Source: a virus (Duplodnaviria > Caudoviricetes). From it: DNA of 64,000 nucleotides. Position 1 is the first letter of the stretch; the number at the start of each line of letters is the position of its first letter. The position numbers and the translations under genes are program-made. The notes beneath the pieces were generated by a model. It did not search any database. It was not told the origin of the DNA and saw nothing but the letters and a program-made list of their open reading frames with translations. This document shows positions 19,635-29,522 of this stretch, piece by piece. The DNA lies in IMG/VR virus record IMGVR_UViG_2919425241_000002, positions 1-64,000 of that record. One strand, given 5' to 3'.

Positions 19635-20069
19635 CTATTGTTTAATCCGGCCTGTAGAGTGCCAGTTCAAGTTGTTTGTGATCGGCTTGTTGTTACCATC
19701 AGCGGATCGTTTGTAACCGTCAAATGTCACATTCTCGTACTTATACTTTCTTACGGTACCATCGCGGTATGTTTCAGTCGTGAAGATTACAAACGACAGT
19801 GTGCTGCCGTTCGCTTGCTGATGTGCAATTTTGGCATCAACAATGTCATCCATCGCAGTATTGATTGCCTGACCTTCAAGGGTACCTTTAAATCCGTTTT
19901 GAATCACTTGGCGATACTCTTCTTCTTCACCAATAGGACTCTTTTTTTCTTCTGCCGTGATCTCTTCAACAGACCACTTAAGAATTTCCGGAGATTTGGT
20001 TAGCGCGGCCCCTTTCTCATCCGTAAGAGCGATAACTAGCTTTTTCCCAAGCAATGCGTCTTGTGCCAT
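19635..20069 (-). CDS. Tail tube protein
   Basis: 144 aa, directly after the sheath; beta-rich, FKGTLEG, YKYENVTFD. Confidence 0.75.
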   Translation of the reverse strand: MAQDALLGKKLVIALTDEKGAALTKSPEILKWSVEEITAEEKKSPIGEEEEYRQVIQNGFKGTLEGQAINTAMDDIVDAKIAHQQANGSTLSFVIFTTETYRDGTVRKYKYENVTFDGYKRSADGNNKPITNNLNWHSTGRIKQ

Positions 20070-20072
20070 TGA

Positions 20073-21599
20073 TTAGCCCACCTCCACATTCGTTCCGCCT
20101 TGGAAGTTAAGAACAACCCATTCAGCGGTGTTGTAGTGCTTCACTTTGATGTCTTGTACAAATTGATCGATCGATGCAGAAGCAGCATTGAACGTTACCG
20201 AGTAATCCTCAAACTTGGAGGTTTGCGAAAGATCAACTGGCTTTTTCAAAAGATCAAAGTAGGTCCGGATTCGTCTCTCAGCATCATCCTTCATCTTCTT
20301 AGTCATAGCCTTGCCCTGCCAAGGAGCTGCGACTGATTCCAGAGCCTTCTCAATCCAACTATTCAATCGGCGCCGGTTCACTTTCCGGTTTTCGTCATCA
20401 GATATAACCGTTCCTGATGCATCAGATTTAGCCAGCGTATAATCATTTGCCATCCGCCAAGCCAGAGTTCCATCACCGGCAGCGGAAGGCTTCAGTTGGA
20501 AAGCTGCTACTTGGTGGGAATACAGATTAGAGTAATCCGTAAAGTCCAGATTCTTATCCGAAGACACGACCCATGTGCACTCTACAGCAATCCCAGAGTC
20601 CTCTACATTGCCGATAACATGACTGATTGCCGAAAGACAAGCGCCTGATGTCCATTGGTTGCCAACTGATTGAAACCGTCCATATACCATCTGCATAAAG
20701 TCCGTGTCGAAAGCATCGCGATTCGTAACTGCGGCTGCTACAGTGTTTGCCGATCCGGTCCCGCAGTAAGCTGTAGAATTGTATTTTTGAGCATAAGTCG
20801 CAAGAGCGGCGTCAGCAGTAGCATCCGTGAAGTCAGCGAACGCTACATCTGTAACAATGTTCCCGATAAACTCAAGCAGTTTAAGCCCAGTTCTAGCCCC
20901 GGATCCCGAGTCCACTGTTCCCACGTAATCACTCGCGGCAATAGCAGCTCCGTTGTTTCCTCCAGTCAGCTGAGTTTTTGCTTTAACTGCCGGCTGAGCA
21001 AGTACTCGTGTAGCTGCCGCCGAATTCATATCGGTTAGTGCAAAGTGCAGGCTCTGACCGTTTACATAACTAGGAGCATAACGTGCATCTAGAGGATCCA
21101 TAGTCAGATTGTCATATGTCTCTATACCAAAGTCAGATGTCAGGGTCAGCTTGAACGTATTACTATTTGTTCCATTGTCTGCTTGGACAGAAAAAGTGTT
21201 TGCGTATGATCCCGGGTATTTAGCCGAAACTTTTAAGGTATTGGCTGGAGTACCTTGGCGATCCTGGAGCGTAAGTGACGCCGTCGCATACCCTGCCCCT
21301 AGAATTCGAACAAATGCCGCTTTTTTAACATTGGCCCTATGAAGGTGATCAATAAGAGCGTTGCCAGCATTCGCTTTTGCCATGCTACCCAAAACTGAAG
21401 AGGCAATCTCGCTCAAACGTTTTGTTGGGGTTTCAGTTACCATGACATATTGATTTACCGGACCACGATCAAAGTCACCAACAAACCCGAGTACAAAGTC
21501 ACTTTGAAGTGCTTCGTCAGTCTGTGGGACTGCCAATTCATTGATATAAAGTCCTGGTGGAAGTCCTACCAAAGAAGATGCTCCACGGATGATAGTCAA
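20073..21599 (-). CDS. Contractile tail sheath protein
   Basis: PGLYINE, GFVGDFDRGPVN, AKYPGSYAN, LTGGNNG, KVNRRRL. Confidence 0.92.
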   Translation of the reverse strand: MTIIRGASSLVGLPPGLYINELAVPQTDEALQSDFVLGFVGDFDRGPVNQYVMVTETPTKRLSEIASSVLGSMAKANAGNALIDHLHRANVKKAAFVRILGAGYATASLTLQDRQGTPANTLKVSAKYPGSYANTFSVQADNGTNSNTFKLTLTSDFGIETYDNLTMDPLDARYAPSYVNGQSLHFALTDMNSAAATRVLAQPAVKAKTQLTGGNNGAAIAASDYVGTVDSGSGARTGLKLLEFIGNIVTDVAFADFTDATADAALATYAQKYNSTAYCGTGSANTVAAAVTNRDAFDTDFMQMVYGRFQSVGNQWTSGACLSAISHVIGNVEDSGIAVECTWVVSSDKNLDFTDYSNLYSHQVAAFQLKPSAAGDGTLAWRMANDYTLAKSDASGTVISDDENRKVNRRRLNSWIEKALESVAAPWQGKAMTKKMKDDAERRIRTYFDLLKKPVDLSQTSKFEDYSVTFNAASASIDQFVQDIKVKHYNTAEWVVLNFQGGTNVEVG

Positions 21600-21614
21600 T
21601 TCAATTCAACTCCT

Positions 21615-22145
21615 TCAAGAAGTAATTTTAAATTTCAGGTTCGTCATGTCTATCTTGCTGACAGTATCCTCGGTAATGAGTTTGCCTGAACATCGATAGG
21701 TGGCATCACATTGGTACAGATCAGGCTTCCCCCTCGGCGGTAGTGGTGCTGCAGTAAGAAATATCTGCAAGACCTCACCCCATTTGTCTTCAGGGACCGG
21801 TATCTCATTTTGAGTCTCAATGAACGCTAAGAATTCATTGGATAAGCGCTGGGACCTGCCGGGTTTATCAGCAAAGAAGGAAACCTGAATTAGGTAATCA
21901 AATCTAACCGATTCTGTACCAACAGTGAAAGTTCCATCACCATTATCGATTAATCCATGCGGCTCATATTCACGCATGAGTGCCTTTTCAGCAGTACCGC
22001 TAATAAGGAGAATATGAGCAGCTGGAAGCACCTTTTTAAACTCGGTCGGATTTGGTTCACCATCACGTACAGGAAAATCAGAACCATGTAAATGTGAAAT
22101 TGCAGCAGACAGCGCTTGGTATGCGCAGAGTAAAGGATCTCTCAT
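21615..22145 (-). CDS. Tail terminator / completion protein
   Basis: Synteny, size, LPAAHI and FDYLIQVSFF. Confidence 0.55.
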   Translation of the reverse strand: MRDPLLCAYQALSAAISHLHGSDFPVRDGEPNPTEFKKVLPAAHILLISGTAEKALMREYEPHGLIDNGDGTFTVGTESVRFDYLIQVSFFADKPGRSQRLSNEFLAFIETQNEIPVPEDKWGEVLQIFLTAAPLPPRGKPDLYQCDATYRCSGKLITEDTVSKIDMTNLKFKITS

Positions 22146-22711
22146 CTCCGGTACCCTCTTGCCGCTTCTTCCAAAGCCTTTTTAACCTCGTTCAAAATGT
22201 CGCTTCTAGACTCCTCAACAGCTGGTCGTAAAAATGGGCGTGGCGGAATATGGTGCGCTGCATCACCAAACTCATGAGCTGCAGCGTAATCTGATGGGCT
22301 ACCTTTTCCTCGCTCGTCACTACCAGCGGCAACGCCGAGATACGCAATACCTCGACTTTCCAACTCCGAAAAATCAGTTGTTATTGCCTGCCTAAGGTGT
22401 CCGGTGTCGATTAAAGGAGCGTCATCATTTCCACCAGCTCCCCATGAACCATGTTTTTTGATATAGGCTTTCCCTGCTCGAGTAATTCTGCCACTACCCG
22501 ATTTTGAAAGATGCTTTCTCCTAACGGTTTCAGGTTTAAGCTTTGACCAAGCGGTGAACGACCCGGATGTTCCCTGGTACTTTCCAAGCTTCTCCTTGGC
22601 CCTTCCCATTGCTTTAATCGTCCCCTTTTTAATGCCTTTTTTTATAGCCGCGTCTACTGTATTCGGAACAGTCGCAAGGATCCGTAGCAAAACCAAGAAT
22701 TCCGGCAACAT
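22142..22711 (-). CDS. Neck / virion morphogenesis protein (HK97 gp10-like)
   Basis: PLIDTGHLRQAI, YAAAHEFG, IPPRPFLRPA. Confidence 0.85.
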   Translation of the reverse strand: MLPEFLVLLRILATVPNTVDAAIKKGIKKGTIKAMGRAKEKLGKYQGTSGSFTAWSKLKPETVRRKHLSKSGSGRITRAGKAYIKKHGSWGAGGNDDAPLIDTGHLRQAITTDFSELESRGIAYLGVAAGSDERGKGSPSDYAAAHEFGDAAHHIPPRPFLRPAVEESRSDILNEVKKALEEAARGYRR

Positions 22712-22712
22712 T

Positions 22713-23117
22713 CTACTTCACATCCTTTGCCGTCACTTCTTTGATGATAAGTTGGCCCGCGAGTGTGGCCGGGCTAACTAAATCAATAATATATTTTTTG
22801 TTGTTATAGATCAGGATCTTACCTTCCTGAACCTGCCTCTGAACCGATTCCGAGCCGTCCTCGATCACAATGAAATCGAGAACCACATCAGGATTATCGC
22901 CGACCTCAGTTGGATTCTCCTGGAGGGTATGCGATGTCACCACGATTTTAATCATTTCAGGAAGAAACGGAGTATCGTCTTCGCTATCTTCAAGGCTAAG
23001 TTTCCGTGGATTAATCTCTGATGATGTAAGTAGGATAGCTTCTGTTTCATACCCTTTTGTCTTGATCTGCTTCTCAAGTACCCTCTTAACTTTGATCGCA
23101 AGCTTTCCAGCATCCAT
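22713..23117 (-). CDS. Putative head closure protein
   Basis: Synteny and size. Confidence 0.5.
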   Translation of the reverse strand: MDAGKLAIKVKRVLEKQIKTKGYETEAILLTSSEINPRKLSLEDSEDDTPFLPEMIKIVVTSHTLQENPTEVGDNPDVVLDFIVIEDGSESVQRQVQEGKILIYNNKKYIIDLVSPATLAGQLIIKEVTAKDVK

Positions 23118-23650
23118 TAGGTACCACCACCTACCGGCTTTTGTACGCTCGCCAAATAGCTACAACGCCTTGTTTCAGCCAACTCCGTAATTTGATCGAA
23201 GTTATCGAACTTGATGTCGAGTCCTTTCCCAAGCTTTAGCTCGCTGATCTCTGAGCCCTCACGGACAACGTCTGATAACATTTTCCACATACAGTAATCA
23301 AGGATCAAAGAGGTAGCTGCATTAGGCAAACTTGCAATGTCATGATCGCCGAGGTAAGTGAATGGAACAACCAATGGACCGAGAGGAGGAAAATCGAGAT
23401 AAAGAATATCGTCCAATATCTCGTAATCCTCCAACCCCTTTATCCAAGTTTGGTAATCCTCGGGGAGCTTGTATTCCGACATGTTTGGCAACAGGGTAAT
23501 AGAACCCCTTCGATGCCTTGGGCGATACCTAGAGTAATCAGAAACGGCGCTCTGGACGAAGTCCAGTAGCGCCCAATCCTCATACCTATAAGGTTCTTCT
23601 AAATCATTGATCTCCGTCCGCAGAGCTATTAGCAGGGTCGTTTGATCCAT
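23117..23650 (-). CDS. Putative head-tail adaptor (start revised to MDQTTLL)
   Basis: LRTEIND, AVSDYSRYRP, YKLPED; SD GGCAGGAG. Confidence 0.55.
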   Translation of the reverse strand: MDQTTLLIALRTEINDLEEPYRYEDWALLDFVQSAVSDYSRYRPRHRRGSITLLPNMSEYKLPEDYQTWIKGLEDYEILDDILYLDFPPLGPLVVPFTYLGDHDIASLPNAATSLILDYCMWKMLSDVVREGSEISELKLGKGLDIKFDNFDQITELAETRRCSYLASVQKPVGGGT

Positions 23651-23951
23651 CTCCTGCCGCCCCCTTCTGACCTGTATTATCCGGATTAGATGCTGGGTCC
23701 TGCTGCTGGTCACGGCTCAGCCATTCTTCATATTGTGCGATCCGATCCGGTTCTTTAGATCCTGCTTCAATACCCAAACCTTGAAGTAAGTCCTTTTGCT
23801 CGGGAGCCTTCAGTTCCTTGAACTCGTCAAGGGTTACTTCGGCGGCAGCCGGGGTTTCTGGCTGATCAGTTTCCAGATGATAGATATCCCCCGGGCCAAC
23901 GATAAGCCCGGAGTGAGGATGAATAAATGAATGACCGTTATTTACTTTCAT
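23604..23951 (-). CDS. Small acidic protein after the capsid gene (HeH-like packaging chaperone candidate)
   Basis: Helical LKAPEQKDLLQGLGI segment; position. Confidence 0.45.
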   Translation of the reverse strand: MKVNNGHSFIHPHSGLIVGPGDIYHLETDQPETPAAAEVTLDEFKELKAPEQKDLLQGLGIEAGSKEPDRIAQYEEWLSRDQQQDPASNPDNTGQKGAAGDGSNDPANSSADGDQ

Positions 23952-23970
23952 TGCTTACACCTTCTCTTTC

Positions 23971-26946
23971 TTAGGAGTTGAAGAACTTGATTGTGCGGTA
24001 AGGAGGGTTATACTGCTTGCCGCTGCCATCAATCACAAGTGGCGTCGCAATAACGGATTGTTGAGTCGCGTAATATTGCTTTGCAGATGTAATTTTTTGC
24101 GATGTAGGATCGAAATATGGTTCTGGTCCTTCAATTTGCAATGGGGAGCCCACACCATAACGGGTTGCGTTTGTTTTACCGATTAGGACCCGTTTGTCAC
24201 GTGCAGCCCATGGTGCGTTAATTTCACCAAGTTGTAATCCTGCACGAGTAGCAAACCACATATCACCTTTTAGGAAACTTGTTCCTTCTGGGGAAGCCCA
24301 CTTGTAAAAGAGTTCTGCGTTCTTGATGTTGACCATAGCGTTCAGAGAACCGATCGCAAAATCAGGAGTCACATAACGCGGAGCGGAACCCATGTAAGCC
24401 TTTTGAGTATCAAAACGCTCGAGCAATCGGTTATAGTACTGAGCAGGCTTATCAGCATAAGCTGACGGAATTGTGAGATCGAAGAAGTTCACGTTTGTTG
24501 CGTATGCATAAGAGACAGTCGGTCTGTTAGTGCTGTTATCTACACCGGAAGAAGATGCAAAGTATACTTTGCTTTCTTCCCAATCAACTGCGTAGTCACC
24601 GCCGTTAACCTTACCGGAGATCGGATCGAAAGTACCTCTTGTAAGGGTAGTGGATCCACGCTTAGCAACAAAATCATTGATCGTCGCCGACTGTCTCACG
24701 CCGTTGTGATCAAGCCAAACATTTTTACGCGGGCGAACAATTGGTGCAACTTGTGCCCCGATCGCACCTGTTGCGTATCCGCAAAGCAATTTCACGGACC
24801 AAGTCACGTTATGGCCGGCCGGAAGACCAGCCGAAGCCCCAGCAGTCATTTCAGCAGCAGCCACCGCTTCATTCGACACTGCAGTTGCTTGATACTCATC
24901 AGAGACATGAAGCATCTCTAGACTCAAGCGTTGGTCAATCACACGGTTATAACGCATTGCCAAGTTGGCCAGATTGCGAGCGACAACATCATAGCTGAAT
25001 GGGCCCTTTTGCATTTCAACCTGAGCTTCTTTCGAGATCAGAGTTCCGCGTTTCAGCCACTCTGCACCGAACTCGAGGAAGCGAGTCTCTACGCCTTCGG
25101 TCGGAATTCCTTCGAACTCCCCTACAACAAAATCATCTTGCGTGTAGAGATCGTAGGATTGAAACTCAACCGGAATCTTAAAGGTTGTTCCGCTGAATGA
25201 TTCAGCTTGAACCAACTGCAAGAAGCGCAGATCCTGCCATACTTGATACATGAAGGCAAGAGAAATCGTCGGCAATTGAGCAAAGTCACCAGTTGAAGAC
25301 ATAGCGGAATCGGTGATTGCGCCATCCTGGATGGATTGTGCAGAGTCAGTAAGAGACTTCATGAATTTGGAGTACTCTTCGTTATTCTCACGCTCCATTT
25401 TCGCCATAACGCGGTCAATGATGGCTTTGTTTGCTTCACGCATTTTAGGGTCAACCCGGAAGTTTGTATCCAAGGAGCGGTTGCGATCATCCATGGCTGC
25501 TTGGATGTTGTCCACAATTGGCTTCCATGGCTGTGGATTACCTGTAACTACGACAGAATTATCTAGCACTGCAGCAACTCCTCCATTTCCTTGAACTCCC
25601 AAGCCCGCGAGTTTTGTTCCAACAACATACGCGTCAACGATCGCTTTTTCGCCATCGATGAAGCCTGCGATAGCTTCAGAATCTGTGATAGCTTCACCCT
25701 TTTTCAGAATGGCGGCCTTTACATTGTTATCATACGGCAGAGCATTAACTGCATCTGTTAGAGCGGCCTGAGCTTTCCTTTTCTTTTCAGCAGCTTCCTC
25801 TGCTTTCAATCGATCTTCCTTTTCTTTACGCATCGCCTCTAGCTCATCGTTAAGCGCCACTTCGCGCTCCTTAACGGCAATTGCAGCATCGCACATCGCC
25901 ATTTCAGCATGTCCTGCTTTGCCAGATTTCCAAGCTTTCAGTTGCTCCAATGTCATCGAAAGAAAATTCATTTTCGGTTCATCTCCCTTTTGAATAGAAT
26001 CTAATATTTCAGTCACCACAGAATCAGTGAGCGGTAACGGCTTTGTAAAAGCATCGGGCTCTGCCGGATTAAGAACGACATCCCAGGTAAACAATTGCAG
26101 TGACTTAGCGACATTGACTGTCTTGCCTTCAATACTCGCCGGAGCCATGGATCCACTCATTCGGTTGCTGAAACCGATTGGGAGCCCTGCATCAAGCATC
26201 GCCTTCACCTGCTTGCCCATTTCCGTCTCTAGCGGCTTATATTCCGCCCAGACGACCCCGGCCGCATCGATCACAGCTTCTCGGAATTTAACAGCTTGAT
26301 TCGGAACTTTGGAATCAAAAAGCACCCTGCCATCTAAGCCCTTCATGGTGGGCGGATGTGGGTGCTCTCCAGCGTATGGGAATCCTGCTTGTTTAATAGC
26401 ATCAAGCGCAGGTTGATAAACTGTCCGAGGATACAAGCGATTGTTTCCGTTGATCGCATCAACCCGAGAAACCGGCTGTTTATACCAACCCGAAGGCTGC
26501 CCGCCAGCATCTGTAATTGCCAGTGCCTTCGAAAGACAGATATCAATTGCTTCGCCCGCTGAATCGGTAATAACGGCAAGTGTCGGTTCCTCCTCAATCG
26601 AATCGGTTGTGACTGTCACCGTGGCGTTTGTTGCAGTGAATCCAAGAGGAGGTTTGCTATCCTCTTCTTCTTTTTTCGCTGCGTACTCGACGTCATAATG
26701 ACCAAACTCTGACCGGCACTTAGCATCGATAGCCTCGTAGTAAATTCGCCGGTCAACCTCAGTTAGCGGCTGATTCGCAAGTTGCTTCTTAATACCCAAC
26801 AAGCCAATGGCACTTGACGCATCGAGGATCTGTTTCATAACTGGGTCATCTGTTAATGCATCTTTCACCGGTTCTTCACCTGCAGTGAATCCGATCCCAG
26901 CAAAGTGCTGTAAATCTAGTTTGATTCTATGTCGCTTCTCTTTCAC
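23971..26946 (-). CDS. Prohead protease-scaffold-major capsid polyprotein
   Basis: T4 gp21-like protease motifs NGNNRLYP, GEHPHP, GFSNRMSG, WDVVLNPA (aa ~146-308); coiled-coil scaffold; ~445-aa C-terminal capsid domain; no other capsid gene in the module. Confidence 0.85.
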   Translation of the reverse strand: MKEKRHRIKLDLQHFAGIGFTAGEEPVKDALTDDPVMKQILDASSAIGLLGIKKQLANQPLTEVDRRIYYEAIDAKCRSEFGHYDVEYAAKKEEEDSKPPLGFTATNATVTVTTDSIEEEPTLAVITDSAGEAIDICLSKALAITDAGGQPSGWYKQPVSRVDAINGNNRLYPRTVYQPALDAIKQAGFPYAGEHPHPPTMKGLDGRVLFDSKVPNQAVKFREAVIDAAGVVWAEYKPLETEMGKQVKAMLDAGLPIGFSNRMSGSMAPASIEGKTVNVAKSLQLFTWDVVLNPAEPDAFTKPLPLTDSVVTEILDSIQKGDEPKMNFLSMTLEQLKAWKSGKAGHAEMAMCDAAIAVKEREVALNDELEAMRKEKEDRLKAEEAAEKKRKAQAALTDAVNALPYDNNVKAAILKKGEAITDSEAIAGFIDGEKAIVDAYVVGTKLAGLGVQGNGGVAAVLDNSVVVTGNPQPWKPIVDNIQAAMDDRNRSLDTNFRVDPKMREANKAIIDRVMAKMERENNEEYSKFMKSLTDSAQSIQDGAITDSAMSSTGDFAQLPTISLAFMYQVWQDLRFLQLVQAESFSGTTFKIPVEFQSYDLYTQDDFVVGEFEGIPTEGVETRFLEFGAEWLKRGTLISKEAQVEMQKGPFSYDVVARNLANLAMRYNRVIDQRLSLEMLHVSDEYQATAVSNEAVAAAEMTAGASAGLPAGHNVTWSVKLLCGYATGAIGAQVAPIVRPRKNVWLDHNGVRQSATINDFVAKRGSTTLTRGTFDPISGKVNGGDYAVDWEESKVYFASSSGVDNSTNRPTVSYAYATNVNFFDLTIPSAYADKPAQYYNRLLERFDTQKAYMGSAPRYVTPDFAIGSLNAMVNIKNAELFYKWASPEGTSFLKGDMWFATRAGLQLGEINAPWAARDKRVLIGKTNATRYGVGSPLQIEGPEPYFDPTSQKITSAKQYYATQQSVIATPLVIDGSGKQYNPPYRTIKFFNS

Positions 26947-27220
26947 TTGGCACCTCCTCCCCCTGAACTATTCTTGATATTTCATCCAGGACTAGATCTT
27001 TTACCTTTTCGTCAGTCGTCGTGGACACGATGCGATATAGCAACTCAAGCAGCTTCTTAAAAATCTCTGTATCTCGGATACTGACATCGACAGCTAACCC
27101 ACGATTTTGGCTTCTTTCCTTCAAAACCTGAAAAGCAGCATTGGTTTTTAGCGGCCCGGCTTCACAAGTAAACCCGCAGGACTCAAGTTGCTCAATAATT
27201 TCCTGCAATGACATCTTCAC
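26927..27220 (-). CDS. Hypothetical protein
   Basis: ORF with AGGAGGTG SD between portal and capsid genes. Confidence 0.55.
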   Translation of the reverse strand: MKMSLQEIIEQLESCGFTCEAGPLKTNAAFQVLKERSQNRGLAVDVSIRDTEIFKKLLELLYRIVSTTTDEKVKDLVLDEISRIVQGEEVPSEREAT

Positions 27221-27244
27221 TCTTTTATCACCTCCTATTCAGGG

Positions 27245-29515
27245 TCAATCAGCCGGAACCAGTGTACATCTACACCGCGGATGACCCGGGATGTCCGGAT
27301 GACTGTCGATCGGGTAGACCGTCCCATTCCGGCTCCTACAATTTGGACAGGTACGCTGGTCGATTACGGCCAACCACTTCACACGCTCAAATCCGGCGTC
27401 CAAGTAGATACGCTTAGCACTGCGGTTATATGCCCATGAGAGCTCAGTTCGTGCAATCATTTCAGCACGAGCATTATCCATAATTTGAGGACGCAGTTGT
27501 CTCATAATTTCTTTCCAGCCGAGATTTTCTTCAAATCCCTGTCCCAGCAGTTGCTGAATTCGAATTTTGGTCGTTTCCCTGATGCCGGCTATCCTTTCAC
27601 CAGCAGCCTCGAAAAGATCGTCCCGAATATCGGTTTTAACAATCCTCATACTTAAACCTGCACCGGTTTGCGGTCCGGACGGATCGACAACCCTACCGTT
27701 ATGTAGATCCATCACAAGCTGTACCGCTCGCTCAGCGCCCATCAGACCGGTTTCAGTCATGTGCTTTACGATTCCGAGACGATAACTCCCCTGTTCGGCA
27801 TCCCATGCTTCCTCAAAGGAACCGAGGATAGTAGACTCATCAATAAAGTCGTTTTCATCACCTGCAGCATCAGAGATCGCTTCACTTTCATTCACCATCC
27901 TTTTGTAAACTGAATTAAAAAAACGAGTAACCGTGGCCCTCGCTTTCGTCTCAATCTCTTCAAACTCTGGTCTATCCTCAAGCAATACATCTGTAACAGC
28001 CTCATTTCCTTTCACAGGCGTTTTACCTGCGCTTGGCTGTGTTTTATCGTTGGGCGCTTTACCCGCTCCCATAAGGAGCATTTCGGCCTGTTTCTGACGT
28101 TCCTCCTCTTCGAGTAACGCAGCCATTTCTGCAGGATCCTCAATATCGAAGTCATCCGCAATTTCCTGAATCGCTTTTTCAAGAGTAATGAGCTTCTGGC
28201 CGCCACCTTTGCCACGGGCCTGCTGCACACGTTCCAGGCGCTCTGCTGCCGTCTCATCCGTCTTATCATTCCACACAACATCATAAGTAATGGAGTCCGG
28301 ATTAATGCCGGCTAGAAGCAGCTGTAGGTCTACGATTGCTCTTAGCCCCGAAAACTGACCAGAGTCGCCATACTCGATCAAGTCGGTAAGGTCCTCTAAT
28401 GTCTTCAGATAGTGCGGGTACTGAACTTTCAACACATCCCGGTTCATATCCTGACCGGACGTAAGAATCGCTTTGGGAACACTTAAATTAAGCCAGAGCA
28501 GGTCTTCGAAGTACTTAATGTCATTCATCTGGTCAAGATGGCCATCCGCATCCAACACTTTCACATCTGCAGTACCCACGAAGTCTGATAGCAAATGAGC
28601 ATTGCGGGTAGGCTTGTCATTCTTATCGATCAAGCCAACTAAGCGCATATACTCGATGGCATCTTTCTCTTGTGTGTTCTCCGGCAGCTTATGATTGTAC
28701 TTCTGGACGCTTCGAAACTCACGTCGGACTGCAGAAGCAATCTCCATCTTGTTCAGAATCTTGTATGTAGCCCGGGCACTGGCATAATGGCTTGTCCCGT
28801 ACATCTCCGTTTCTTCTTCCAACCACCGGATATGGTTCATCTGGAAGAGAGCGAAATTTGTTCGCGCAACAGACGGCGGCCCAACTTCCAACAAGGTTTG
28901 AATCTGCGTTTTGGGGTCGATCTGAGAAAAAGAACGCTCTAGATCAGGAAACTCACCGAATTCATCGCTGTTACGCTTAATCGTAAGTGCAGGAGCTCGG
29001 CGGATATCAAGAACCAAGCCGGCTTGAAGGTCAACGATGGGGTTGAGGAAAAGATCACCGTCTCTCGGTAGCACTCGAGCGTATTCTTTCGCCTTTGCTG
29101 GCAGCTTGGTTCGCTTCAAGAAATCGTCTATGACAGCCTGCGCGACATTCGCACCTGGCGTCACTCGCTTTAATGATTTCCCTTGCTTCTTCAGCCGGGC
29201 TCTATCTGCATCACTTCCCGACACGATGATTTTAAAACCACCGCGGGTCGCATCAGTTGCAAGGCGGTTGTTCGTGATCCTGAATCGCAGGTCCGCCTTA
29301 ACCAACTGCTGCACATCGCGTATCGTCGAAATGCGATCGGTAGCCACTTTGAATTGCTCGAATACATACAGGCTGGGAGACTCCGCATAGGACACAATCG
29401 GCATCTCATCTTTCATGTGGCCATAATCCGTTTGGTCTGGCCTATCAAGAGTCAGCTGCCGGCGCCCGAAAAAGTCGAGAACTACGTTTGTCATTTTCGA
29501 AAACACATTTGGCAT
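27245..29515 (-). CDS. Portal protein fused to a MuF/SPP1 gp7-like minor head domain
   Basis: Follows TerL; portal-like RDGDLF, HIRW, YGTS; C-terminal RAEMIARTE, DQRTCPNC, HPRCRC. Confidence 0.85.
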   Translation of the reverse strand: MPNVFSKMTNVVLDFFGRRQLTLDRPDQTDYGHMKDEMPIVSYAESPSLYVFEQFKVATDRISTIRDVQQLVKADLRFRITNNRLATDATRGGFKIIVSGSDADRARLKKQGKSLKRVTPGANVAQAVIDDFLKRTKLPAKAKEYARVLPRDGDLFLNPIVDLQAGLVLDIRRAPALTIKRNSDEFGEFPDLERSFSQIDPKTQIQTLLEVGPPSVARTNFALFQMNHIRWLEEETEMYGTSHYASARATYKILNKMEIASAVRREFRSVQKYNHKLPENTQEKDAIEYMRLVGLIDKNDKPTRNAHLLSDFVGTADVKVLDADGHLDQMNDIKYFEDLLWLNLSVPKAILTSGQDMNRDVLKVQYPHYLKTLEDLTDLIEYGDSGQFSGLRAIVDLQLLLAGINPDSITYDVVWNDKTDETAAERLERVQQARGKGGGQKLITLEKAIQEIADDFDIEDPAEMAALLEEEERQKQAEMLLMGAGKAPNDKTQPSAGKTPVKGNEAVTDVLLEDRPEFEEIETKARATVTRFFNSVYKRMVNESEAISDAAGDENDFIDESTILGSFEEAWDAEQGSYRLGIVKHMTETGLMGAERAVQLVMDLHNGRVVDPSGPQTGAGLSMRIVKTDIRDDLFEAAGERIAGIRETTKIRIQQLLGQGFEENLGWKEIMRQLRPQIMDNARAEMIARTELSWAYNRSAKRIYLDAGFERVKWLAVIDQRTCPNCRSRNGTVYPIDSHPDIPGHPRCRCTLVPAD

Positions 29516-29522
29516 ATTGTTT

